A DNA stretch of 64,000 bases, taken from the NCBI RefSeq assembly GCF_000181795.1, contig NW_003526940.1:1089527-1153526 (forward strand), read 5' to 3'. The notes under the pieces are model-generated. The model ran no database searches. It had not been told where the DNA came from and saw only the letters and a program-made list of their open reading frames with translations. Shown here piece by piece: positions 13,641 to 25,072 of the stretch (positions are counted from its first letter, which is position 1; every line of letters begins with the position of its first letter). The stretch comes from Trichinella spiralis. Lineage: Eukaryota. Both the position numbers and the translations under genes were made by a program.

Positions 13641-15513
13641 TTTATTCATCGAATGCCATTATATTAATGGCCGAATTATTATTATTATTATTATCATTAT
13701 GAAGCATTATTAATGATATTTGTTTGATTTTTCATTTTTAGCAAGCGAATAAAAACATCATTTCATTATTTTTCTGTATAGAATCAAATCCGATGATGTA
13801 AGCAGCAGATTTTATTTTAAAAAAGGAGAAAAAGGTAAAAGTGAAATTGCAGGATGCGATGAAATGCGAATGACGGAAGATTTTTCTTATTGTTTCGCAA
13901 CTGAGCTTGAACAGGTAAAACATCATCAAAATGAACATGAATCAGAAGTGATGATGAAGTGTTGCGAATAAGGTGAAAAAAATTATGAGGAAGTGGTTTA
14001 GTGGTATTTTTTTTAATTTTAAATTGCGGTTTCTTTTGAGATTGGAGTAATTGATTTTGGGCTTTGTGATGATTTCACAACTTTTTGGCAACGTTTCAAA
14101 GTAACATGAGCGTAGTGAGGGAAAGAGTGAAGTACATTTGTCAAATTGAATTTTTTTATTTTAAATATTTTTTGGAAAATTATCAAAAATTGGATAATTT
14201 GATATACAACAAGAGAGGAGGGGCATAATGTAAAATTGGAAAAAATATGTTGTTATTACGTGAGGAAAATTTAGTGAAATAAAAATGGGAAAAGTGTGTA
14301 TGTAATTTTTTTTGTTTTTTTTCTGATCAGTTCTTGATCGTTGTGGCAATGGCAATGGAATGAATTTGTCTGTCGGAAGCAGAAGCGTGTGATGTGATCA
14401 GCCAATCGTAAATCATCCCACCAATGAACAACGCTGACGTTAATTATCACTGGCCATTGTAAATCATTGATGGCGGTGATCAAGAGAAAATTGCTACTCT
14501 TGGAACAGCTGCACCGACGTGGATGTATATATTTATATTCAAATATATGTATGTATGTATGTGTGAAAAGTGAAATTCTCCTGCTTCCTCATATCGCTTG
14601 TGTAATGTTCATCTTATAATAGTTGTCTTTTTTTTAGTTTTTTCAGCATCAATTTGAAACATGGGCTTTTAATGGAAAATTTGTTGCAGAAACCAAAAGA
14701 AAAATTAATCTACTACATTTAAGTACATGCTGCGTACTAGGTACTACAGTTTAAAAAAATAAAAAATTATACGTTGCAACAAATGATTCATGAAAATCAA
14801 CAATCAGTGTGAAGAATACTACAAACTGAATTTTGAATTTCAATTATTGATGACTGGAAAAGGTATTATTTTTCCGACCAATGTTAACCGATCATAGCAC
14901 GCTATTTTTTCTTGTTTTTTGATCGGCATAGTTATTTGTGTGCCTTAGTTGTGCCGTATGATAGCGCTGCTAATCATTCAAATTAATAAAGAAGCGGTCA
15001 CGTCAATCCTTTGATGATGGACAGCAACAGACGTTTGTGCCCTTTCGCAGGTCAACCAACACTAGCCATTTGAGCAAAAAAGCAGGAAAGTAATTTAATC
15101 ATAAAACTAATAATTCGATTGATTTATTTATTTATGAAAATTAGTTCAATCATGTTATTTACATGTTTCAAGAAGAATAAAGGGAAATATTAATTATGTA
15201 TATACGCATGTTCTTTTATTAATTTTGAATACAAATTTTGTTCATATGGATGGAACAAAAAGTTTTTCAATAATTTCATTAAAATATTTTTGTAAGTTTA
15301 TTGTTGAATAGGAATAAATTGTGAAAGAAATTCAATTTATGCAATTGTTTAAATTTTTGATTGGTAAATTTAAACAAATGTTTGTTTTAAAGTTTGAAAT
15401 TTAAACAATTTTTAAAATGGACAGTATTTTAAAATTTCATCTCAACAACAATTTCCGTTGGGCATAGTTAATTAGTCCGTTTGTTGTATACAAGAAAGTT
15501 TGAAGAACGAAAA

Positions 15514-16026
15514 ATGAGCTGTTTGTTCGGCCAGTTGTGCAAGGATGTGAGCAGTGCGATCAACAACGACAGTATTTTTATTGGCAAACTGTTTGCCAAA
15601 TTGGAAGCAATGACCAGCCGCAGCAGGGAAGAAATATTTTCCCTGTTTGCTACTTGGGTCAGCTTGTATTTGGTCATTGGTCACGGCGCCCAATTGTTGT
15701 GCAACTTCATCGGCTACGGATATCCGGTGATCAAGTCGATCATGGCTATCGAAAGCGAAGACAAAGCCGACGACAAGCAGTGGCTAATTTACTGGGCAGT
15801 TTTTGGTCTCTTCACGTTGGTGGATTTCTTTTCTGAAAGTCTGTACCAATTGTTTCCGTTCTATTGGTTGGCAAAGTGTCTCTTTTTGCTCTGGCTCTAT
15901 TTGCCCAAATTTCGTGGAGCCGAAAAACTTTACGTAATGTACATCAAGCCCAACATCAGCAAAATTCAACAATTGTATGATGAAATTTTTGATATCAACT
16001 GTAAAACGGTTGACCCTGTGGAATAA
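15514..16026 (+). CDS. REEP5/DP1/Yop1 (TB2_DP1_HVA22) family ER-shaping protein, intronless
   Basis: Family motifs LLCNFIGYGYPVIKSIMAIES, DDKQWLIYWAVF, FPFYWLAKCLFLLWLYLP and GAEKLY...IKP. The first ATG of the ORF is at 15514. Confidence 0.9.
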   Translation: MSCLFGQLCKDVSSAINNDSIFIGKLFAKLEAMTSRSREEIFSLFATWVSLYLVIGHGAQLLCNFIGYGYPVIKSIMAIESEDKADDKQWLIYWAVFGLFTLVDFFSESLYQLFPFYWLAKCLFLLWLYLPKFRGAEKLYVMYIKPNISKIQQLYDEIFDINCKTVDPVE

Positions 16027-17702
16027 TGCAAAATAACTTTTTTCTTTTTCACAACTTTTATTGTTCATTCATTGTTCAAGTATATTTTAATAATTAGTAA
16101 TTAATCACTCTTACAGTTGCCTTTTTCAAAAAAAACAATATTATTTATTAAAATGTTCTTTTTAAATAAAATACTTCATCGTTATGCTGCACGTAAAGAA
16201 ATAATTACAAATTGACCTTTTCATTCATTCATTCATTCATTGCTTCTCATGAAGAATGAAAGATGAGATGAACGGATAATCTGCAAAGGCACAATCAGTT
16301 GGCCCCTCTTTCATAATGCTGATAACCTCGTCAAATTTTTTCCAACCTTATCAAGCAAACCAAATTGATTTCTGCATGAGCAATTCACAAAATCATCTTC
16401 TCATATTTCATTTCTTCATTTATATCATACGCAGATAATAATTTATTAACAATAGATCATTGGAAAGAGTGTAAATGAAACTAATCAATTATTTAATGAT
16501 CACACTGTTGCAATTCTCATTGCACACTGGCGGCATTTGTGATTTGACAACGATGCATTCTGATAACAATTATAACGTAATATTAATATCAACAAATGAA
16601 TCAAGTGGATTTTTTATAGCTCTGTTTTATGTGAATTTTATTCAAATTTCAATTTGTCACTACTAAATAATAAACATTCACTGAACTGAACATTCCTGAA
16701 AAATTTTACAAAGGCTTAGATTTGCAATAATAAACTACGTTCCACTACCAATAATATTGGTTCATTCAGTTAACAGTTGCTTGTTCAGTAACAATCCAAG
16801 ACACAGACAGACATACAGGCAGACAGACTCTTCCATTGTAATTTTTACTTCCTCATATGACCGAAGTTATCACGGTCGGACCTACTGATCTATGACATAA
16901 CTTGAGAAGTTGAACAACTGTTGGCGGCTAACTTGACCGAAGGCTTTGATGTACCGTGTTGATGGCGTCGGCGCGGCGTCTGTGATGCTGAAAGTGCGGG
17001 TCAGCTGCCATGACTGTTCTTGCTATGACCCAGATAGATATTTTCCAGTTTTCTTCCATCTACATTTATTACATTCATTTGATTATCATTATTGGAATTA
17101 AATTCCATTTCAACCTTACTTGAACCAGAAATTTATTTCACTCGCATTCAAATATTGATTTATTATGCATTTGTTTCATACATCATTTATCACAAAAGAA
17201 CAAATTAAATAAATGATACATTCGTTTCAAAAATTCCATTAACAATATATTACAATTTGACAATCAAACAAAATAGATCTCATTCTGTTGTGAAATAAAA
17301 AATTATTATTAATAAGAACATTTGTTTAAAATATTTATTTAATATGCATAATTTTAGAAACTGATCAGTAGAACTTTTATTTTAAATAATTTAAAAATTC
17401 AGTTTTTGGCTTTATTTGATTAATTAACAATTGTTCTTAATTTCTCTTAACTAATGGGATACTGTATTTATTGTGTGCATTTATTTTTTCCGTGGTAATT
17501 AATTCATTTTTTAAATTTGTGCCTCACTGAAAATAATTTTACATTGTCGACTTATTTAAAAAATACAAATAAAGTCCCAAATAATTTATAAAATTTTTTA
17601 TTTGAAATTCTGCAGTGTTCAGCAGTTGCAATTTTATTTTATAAAAATTGAATTATTCTGATCGAAACTAGTTATATAAATGCAGAATCAATTTTAGATT
17701 GA

Positions 17703-18368
17703 ATGAGTAAAGCAGATCCAGTAGTACTTACTTATTACGACGTTTCTTTGCGGCAGTCTGATGTGGAATTGTTGAAAGGACGAAACTGGCTGAACGATCA
17801 GATATTATCCTTTTGTTTTGAATATTTCGCACAGGTAGTTTTTCCTGATTTTGCAGACAGTGTTGCGTTCATCGAACCTTCAGTGATCCAGTGGGTTAAA
17901 TTGGATTCGGATACTGATTCACTGCATGAAGTGCTTCCTTGGTTGAAAAAGTCGCTTTTACTGATTCCGGTGAACGACAGTGATTCTGCTTCTGGAGGTG
18001 GGCACCATTGGAGTTTGTTAGTTTATCGCAAGGATCAGGAAAAATTTGAATATTACAATTCGTCGCTTTATTCGAATTTAGTCGGTGTGAAAGGGCTCGC
18101 GAACAAAATATTTCGACTAGTGCATTATCGAGAAGAAAACATCCCTTCGGCGGAAGTAGTTGAAGTTCCGTGTGCCAAACAGATAAATTATTACGACTGC
18201 GGTTTGTATGTGATAATTTTTGCCGAAATTGTTGCGCAACAGTTTTGTTCATCGTCGAATTTTGACGGTAACAGTGAAGAAATTTTGAACATTACACCTG
18301 AAAAAGTGACTGAAAAGCGGAAAAAAATTCTCGAACTTATAAATTCTCTTAAAAAAACTGAAAAATGA
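17703..18368 (+). CDS. SENP8: SENP8/NEDP1/DEN1 NEDD8-specific protease (peptidase C48), intronless
   Basis: DPVVLTYYDVSLRQSDVELL...WLNDQILSFCFEY, IPVND, GGGHHWSLLVY and KQINYYDCGLYV match SENP8. A splice-acceptor-like ttttag lies 5 nt before the ATG. The triad Asp position reads Asn (see findings). Confidence 0.93.
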   Translation: MSKADPVVLTYYDVSLRQSDVELLKGRNWLNDQILSFCFEYFAQVVFPDFADSVAFIEPSVIQWVKLDSDTDSLHEVLPWLKKSLLLIPVNDSDSASGGGHHWSLLVYRKDQEKFEYYNSSLYSNLVGVKGLANKIFRLVHYREENIPSAEVVEVPCAKQINYYDCGLYVIIFAEIVAQQFCSSSNFDGNSEEILNITPEKVTEKRKKILELINSLKKTEK

Positions 18369-20319
18369 TCATTCCAATATTTCATCTTGACCAAGACTCC
18401 AACACCGTTGTCGTTCATATTCGAGCTTTGTTGGCGAAGGTAAGTTTAATAATTGTTTATTTTTATTTTTCAAAAAATATTTTCAATTAAACTATTTTAT
18501 AGATTTCTGAAATTGAAGTTCACGTTAGCAATGATGAATTTTTGTTCTACGCATCTCCTTACTTTTTACGACTCTATTTTACTAGCCAATTAGAAGAAAC
18601 CGATTGCCCACCAGTTGATTACGATCCAGCAAATGGTATTCGTTTTGAAATTCAATATTGATTTTATTTTCTTGTTTATTTTCATTTTAGCAACTTTTAC
18701 AATCAAAGTAAACAAGAAAAATCCTGGCGAATTTTTTCCTGATTTGGAAATGATCACCCGCTTGATCACTCCAAGAGAAGCTGAAGGCATCAAGCCGTTC
18801 ATTGTCGATTTGAAAGGTGTTTCTTCCGCAGATCTGATGATCGTTTTTGAATTTCATTTTTGTTGTTGTTTTTCTCTTTCAAAGGCTTTGACGATAGCAT
18901 GCTTTCAACCGATATTTCCACACCGTACGTTGACAGAGGCAATCTTTCGGCGAAACATTCGTACGGTTTTGCTTGCAGTCGAACTGCCTCACTGAAATCC
19001 ATTACAGTAAGAACAATTATTGGTTTAAATTTCCAATCGAATCCTGTCACATATTTGGTTGTATTATCTGTTGACGTTTCAGGATGAGATGAAATTGTTC
19101 GACATTGGAGATGCGGATTCGTTGAACATTGAAGAACGGAAACGTGCTCTGTTTCTGATGGAAACGGAGCATTTTTCCGACGAAGCTTACCTGTGAGTAG
19201 ATAGTGGATAAAATAATTGCGACGAGCATGCAATAGATGATTATATATTCGTTATTATTATATTCGTTTCAGTGCAGATTTACACGAAGCAGAACCGGTG
19301 GGAGAATGTTTAATGTACAAAAACAAATGGACCAAGTCGTCGATTGCAAACAGAAAAGATACCTTCATGCATGGTGGATTTACTGTAGATGAGATTGATC
19401 GTTTGAAATCGTTGCCGAGAAAGATTTACCAGCTGAGTGAACAAGTGGAAAACGTTGCCATTTGTTCACTGGTGGATATTTTGTTCGCCTTTGCCTACGA
19501 TGCGAGGGTGAATTTGGGCGAAGATGACAATGTGAGATTTTTTCATTTCAATCGATCGTAAAATTGTGGTGGTTTCAATTGTTGCTTTTGCTTTCAAGCC
19601 CGAATCCGGTTGGACAATGTCCAAGTTGAGTTCCACATTAGCCGGCCTGGTCTGTTGGGATAGTCTGCAAGATGCGATGATTGCCAGTGTTCGTCGTTCT
19701 CTTTGCTTTCCACTGGTGCGCAATTTCCAACTCGCATCGCTCGTACTGAATGATGTGATTGAAATTTTACAATCAGGTAGGTATAAATATCTTTTGTTTG
19801 TTTATTATTTTGTTTTTTGAAATTTAATTTTTTGTTTTTTTTTTCTACAGGCAGAGTTGTTGTATTGAAATGTTTGCTCAGGATGCATGAAATTTTCAAC
19901 AATTCCGGTGATTTTAGGTACGTTTTGAACGAACTTTATTTGAACGATTACTGTGTCTGGATTCAAGGCAAAACGTGAGAATTTTTTTTCATTTGTGGTT
20001 GTTGAAATGGAAATCGATCGTTGCGTTTTTTTTGAGTGATGAATTTTTAATCGAAATTGGTGAACAAATGAAAAAGATCAAAGTGGAGAAGAAAGATTTG
20101 AAATTGGATTTGGAACTTGTCGAAATGGCTGGCCAATTGGCACTTGAAGATCAGAAAAATGGTATCGTAAAAGATGAGCGTGTGATTTTTTCCCAAAATG
20201 ATTTACTCAACGAAATTATGAAACACGTTACGCATGCTCAACAAATGTCGAATGTCGGCGAGGAGAATGTCGATTCCGACGACGATATTTATTCAGAATT
20301 ATCTACGTTGTCGTTGTGA
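18365..20319 (+). CDS. SHQ1: SHQ1, H/ACA RNP assembly chaperone (CS domain + SHQ1 domain), multi-exon
   Basis: Exon 1 (18365-18439) [25 protein letters not shown]|gtaagt splices to [26 protein letters not shown], matching the SHQ1 N-terminus (human MLTPAFDLSQD...FKFYAKPYFLRL). Later motifs: [58 protein letters not shown], and a VDSDDD tail. Confidence 0.93.
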
Positions 20320-20558
20320 AAGTGGTGCTGATTTTTCTTTTTGTTTTATCCCTTTTTGAATACACCAAGTGTAAAAAAATTATCAATTTATTCGGAATTA
20401 TTATTGTTTTTGACAGTAATGACTGTTGTTGTTGTGATTGAAAGTAGAGCTTTTTGTAATTATTTGATGCTGTTGAAGCAGTGATATTATATATATATTT
20501 TTTAAAATAATTTCAACAAATTTCCCTTTTTCCCCCTAGTAATCGTAATGTGTTAGTT

Positions 20559-21207
20559 ATGGACAATAATAATGGAAAGGGTATTTTCCAAGAAAAGACC
20601 GACTTTGCACAGTTTGCCGAAGATTTGATTTCGGCAAGTGAAAAAGTGGTCGATTCAGAAGCGATTGATGTACTGCAAGAGATGGTGGAAAAAGAGATGC
20701 ACACGATTATTCAAGTTTGCCATTAATTATTATTATTCTTATTAGATGATGCGATCTCATCAATATGTCGTTTAGAAATGCGCTGTTGTCATGCTGAAAG
20801 CTGGTAGTCACGTTTTGACCATTGACAATTGTCAAAAAGCGATGGATATTTTAGGACGACCTGTATGCAGTGGCTTTTTGAACAGAAAAAGGGTTTTTTC
20901 TTCTAAATTTAAAAATTACCATTGCAACAGGTTGTATTTTACAATGAATGGTCGAACGAAGCAGAAGCTGAAACTGACCCAACTAGCAGCAGCGGGCATC
21001 GTGATTCAAAGTTGATCTCATTGTTTTCGTTAGCTTTGCAGCCGCTGGAAAGCAGTAGCGTTTGTTCAGATGATGAACAAGTTGAATTTGGTATTTTTTT
21101 TTCTCATTGCTAACTGTATTTTGCATATGATTTCAGTTTCAATTTTAGTCTCTTGGTCGGTAGAGTCAAAGTCACCGGAAAAAGATGATGATAAAAAAAT
21201 GGAATGA
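20559..21207 (+). CDS. Small 4-exon protein resembling the TAF6/TAF6L N-terminal H4-like histone fold
   Basis: Spliced product MDNNNGKGIFQEKTDFAQFAEDLISASEKVVDSEAIDVLQEMVEKEMHTIIQ|KCAVVMLKAGSHVLTIDNCQKAMDILGRP|VVFYNEW...DSKLISLFSLALQP...VEF|VSWSVESK...KKME*. Introns are GT-AG and in phase. The helix pattern resembles TAF6/TAF6L by eye only. Confidence 0.55.
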
Positions 21208-21895
21208 TTTTTTCCATTGTTGTTGTTGTTGTCGTTGTGCACTTTTTAATGGTGAAATTTGAAATTGAACGAGCAGCACCAGATGTTTTTCTGATTGGTG
21301 AAAGGATTTTGTTGTTTTTTGTTTTTTTTAATATTCAAATTTTAAATTAAAAATACTTTTTAGTGATATATGCATTTTTATTGAGTGTCAAAAATTTTAT
21401 TATTTTAAACAATAGACAAAAAATACACTCTCAAGGAGCAGTGTAGGGGGTTGGGAATATTCACAAATGCCCAATTACGCGGCGTCAATAACTGTGGCGC
21501 GACCTGTGACAGAGTTTGATCATTGCAAAATGCACTTTTGATGCTTTTCACTTCTGCAGATTATTTATTCATTTTTAATTGCATGTAGAAAAAGTTTTAT
21601 CATTTTCAATTCATAAAGAACAATACGAAAAACATTATGCAATGCATTCTTTTTTTCACGCATTATTGCACAGCAGCACATTTGAAATTAATACTTGATT
21701 ATTCTTAAATTACAGGTAATAATGTTTATATTGGGTGTTTGGTGGAATTTTTTGTTTTTGCATTTTTAGTTTGTGTTTGTTGTAATTGTTTTTATGTCCC
21801 CAATTTTTTTTGTATGATAACTTTCGAGTTTTTTCAAAAAAAAGAATTTTCTTATTTGCACGCATGTTGTGAAGAAAGTAGCTAGAGAAGCGAAG

Positions 21896-22664
21896 ATGCT
21901 CGGCAAAGTGAGAAAATATTTTCAATCTTGGGATATGACATTTGAACAATTTGAACGACAAGTGAACATGCTGAATTTTCGGCAAGTGCATTCGTCGAAT
22001 GAACTGTGGGTGGATATTTTTACAATTGGAAAAGTTTTTATTTCTCATTTCAGTTGTCGGCGTCTGATCGATTCAAATGGAAATTATGTGAAATTTACAG
22101 TGCTTACGAACGATTTCGTTTTCAACGACATGCTCTTTTGGAAACTGCTGGTGAAAGTTCGATGCGACATGGTATGTGTGTATTTCTTTTTTTTTTAAAA
22201 AAAATAATTTTAAATTTCTCATTTGACAAATTTTCAGGTAAAATTGGACGAACGTGAGCCTGAAAAGTCGGTCGTCGTTTCGTTTATACGCTTTCTTGGA
22301 ATATGCGATTTTGTCAACGATTTTCTCAGCAAGCCTGTTGTCAAAGCTGGACAAGATAAAGTCGGTTCCAGTGTCGGTCAAAATGATGTTGAAACGTGTT
22401 GCCTTTGTTTGGACAATGTTGAGGATATTGTCCTGAGGTGTGGACATTCGTTTTGCTCACCTTGCATGTATCAGTGGTCAGTGATCTTTTTTTTTGAAAT
22501 CATTTGCACAGTGTGATGAGGTATGTTTCAGGACTGAATGTTCATCAGGCAAATGTCCACTTTGTCTTGACAGATGCTCTTCCAAAGCATGCCAGTGGTA
22601 CGTTATGACAGACATACCGACACGTACAGAATTTGCAGATTATTTTGCGTATATTTTTAACTAA
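21896..22664 (+). CDS. RNF141: RNF141-like C3HC4 RING finger protein (4 coding exons; start codon uncertain)
   Basis: N-domain MTFEQFERQVNMLN...LFWKLLVKVRC resembles RNF141 (LTYEEFLGRVAELN...FWKVVVRVVC). The RING CCLCLDNVEDIVLRCGHSFCSPCMYQW|TECSSGKCPLC spans an intron. Stop TAA at 22662-22664. Confidence 0.75.
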
Positions 22665-25072
22665 AATTTTGTCTTTTGTAATAATGCTTTATAGATTTTG
22701 ATGCTGCTGAAAATTTTGTTCAAGTAAATTATTATATATATATTTTTTTCTTTATTTATTTACTATAAGCTGTCTTATTGTTTAGAATTAAAATTAGGCT
22801 TTTCAATTTTTCCATCAGGTAGGTTTTATAATAATGAAAATCTATCTGAACACTTTGTCACAGCGTCTACTGTTAAGCAGTTGTAAAAGTTCAGCTTTTT
22901 AATGTTTATTATTATTGTTTGTAAGGAAAAGCTCGATTTAAGAGTAAGCAAGTAGACTGACTGAACAGCGGAGAAATTTGATGAGCAATTTTGACCTGCG
23001 ACTGTTTTGCTTGACCAAGAATAGAAAAGCTGGATAGAACACGATTGATTGTTTGTACAAAGACAATAGCAAACAATTGCTATTCTTATCCAAGTAATTC
23101 TATCACTGCGAAATGTTAAATTAAATTTAAATTAATTTGAAAAATTGAATGGCCGTTATTTATTTATTTTCCCAGCAATCCTATACACAAAGTGATTGAT
23201 CAACAATTGAACAACAGTGGATGAATAGTTTATTTTTCATTTAATTTTTGTTTTTGGTATTTTTAGATTAAAGCAAAAAAATGTGGATAAAAATCTGAAC
23301 ATTTGATTGATTGTAGTTTTTAGCGAGCAGTTTCAAATGGAGAACACGTGCCAAGCTTCATTCATGTGTCTTTTTCTTTTAAAAATAATTTTTTCTGATA
23401 ACATTCAGATTTGTCATATTTTTAGTCGATTCAGTTGAATAGAATTTTTGATTATTTTCTCTTCTTGATTATTCTAATTATTTCTTGTAAATAAATTGAA
23501 TATTACTTTATGTGTATATATTTTTTTTTCTTGTTCTTATTTATTATTGACCTTGTATATTTTGTTATTCATTTTCAGAAATTGTAAGTTTTATTTGTGA
23601 CGAGGTCGTTTTCTTGGTTGATCGTTAAAATTATCATCCAACAATTGTAGCTTTGTCATTTCAAAATATACAAACTGTCTGTGCATGTATTGGTATTTTT
23701 TAAATTGTTCAATTATTCTGTTTTTTTCTGTCTCTCAATCAGGACAAACAACTAATTCATTTGCATGTTTTCCATTCAAGGTTGATATACCCTGGTGTAC
23801 AGTAGAATAACTATTGATAGTAAATAGATAGATACATATTTGAAAAAAATTCCTCATTGAATGCATGGAATATACGACATCCGTGTAAATTTCAACCAAG
23901 TACGCAGAAGTAGTGCCAATGAGATTAAAAAAAACTCAGCAATTACAATCGTGCATAATCTCGTAATAATAAAAAAAAATTAAATATCAATATACCGTTT
24001 ACAAACTGGTTGAAAAGTTCAAATCAAACGTCGTGTTCAACAATTCCAATTATCAGTTGCAAATAATTTTCATCTTTTCAACCAGAACATCTTGAACAAT
24101 GGTGTATTTTTTTATTTTCTTCAATTTTTCTCCAAGTTGATTTTTCTTTCTTAGCCGTAAGCATTTTTCATCATTTAACATCACCGCAAGTAGTGATTCA
24201 CTGCTTCGAATGTCAACAAATGCAGTCTATTTCAGTATCATCGTTGTTTACAAAAGAATAAATTTGCATACTTAATCGTGTATTTATTATGTTGAATGTA
24301 GCGGGTGTGATTATTGTTACACAAATGGGTTGCTTTGGTAAGAAAAAAGTATTATAATATTGTTTAAGAAATTATTACTTTGAAAAAAAAACGATTACTG
24401 GTTTCGTAAAATTAGAACTAGAAATTGTCGAACAACTTCAAGACGGATGAACAAGCAAGCAGGCGTCAATCAATTGGATGATTGTGATTCATCCGATTGG
24501 AGTGTGAAATTTGATTGGACAAATGAATGCAACGCATGCTGGTGGTGGTGGTGGTGATAGTGGTGCTGCTCCAGCTGCTTCAGTTGTTCCAGTCGTCGTC
24601 AGGTTAGTCGCTTAATCGGTCGGCCCATTTGTACCTTCAATATCCTACCTGCCCATCACGATTCAGAGTACTGTAACGATTACCTGTACGCGGTAGCGCG
24701 ACGGTCGAGACGACCAGGCCAGGGTCGTGATTGTCACGACGCGCTGCTGCTGCCGTGTGGATACTTTTTTCGCGTGTTGGGACAAAACTTTTTTTAGCTT
24801 GCTTGTTCAGCAGATTGATGCATGCATTCGATCTAAAATTTCATCAGTTTAATTTATTTTTTTTTCTAATTAACATATTTTTATTACAGACTTGTGGATC
24901 AGCAGAATCATCATTTCAAGTGTGCGCAAGTGTGTGTGTGACCTTGCCTGGCATACAAGTGTGCAGCAAGCTAGGGTCGATCCGGACCAAGCAGCATATT
25001 CACAAGTTTCTATTCTGTTTCTCTCTTCTCTTTTCTGATCAAGCATCCATTACCAGCTGTTAGTTGTTGGAA

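Noticed and set aside
22975..23050. Possible C/D snoRNA (tgatga near 22979)
   Set aside because: No properly placed CTGA D box or terminal stem.
24471..24499. Hairpin caattggatga...tcatccgattg, and a similar one at ~14446-14480, as miRNA precursors
   Set aside because: The stems are too short for a pre-miRNA and I recognise no conserved miRNA.
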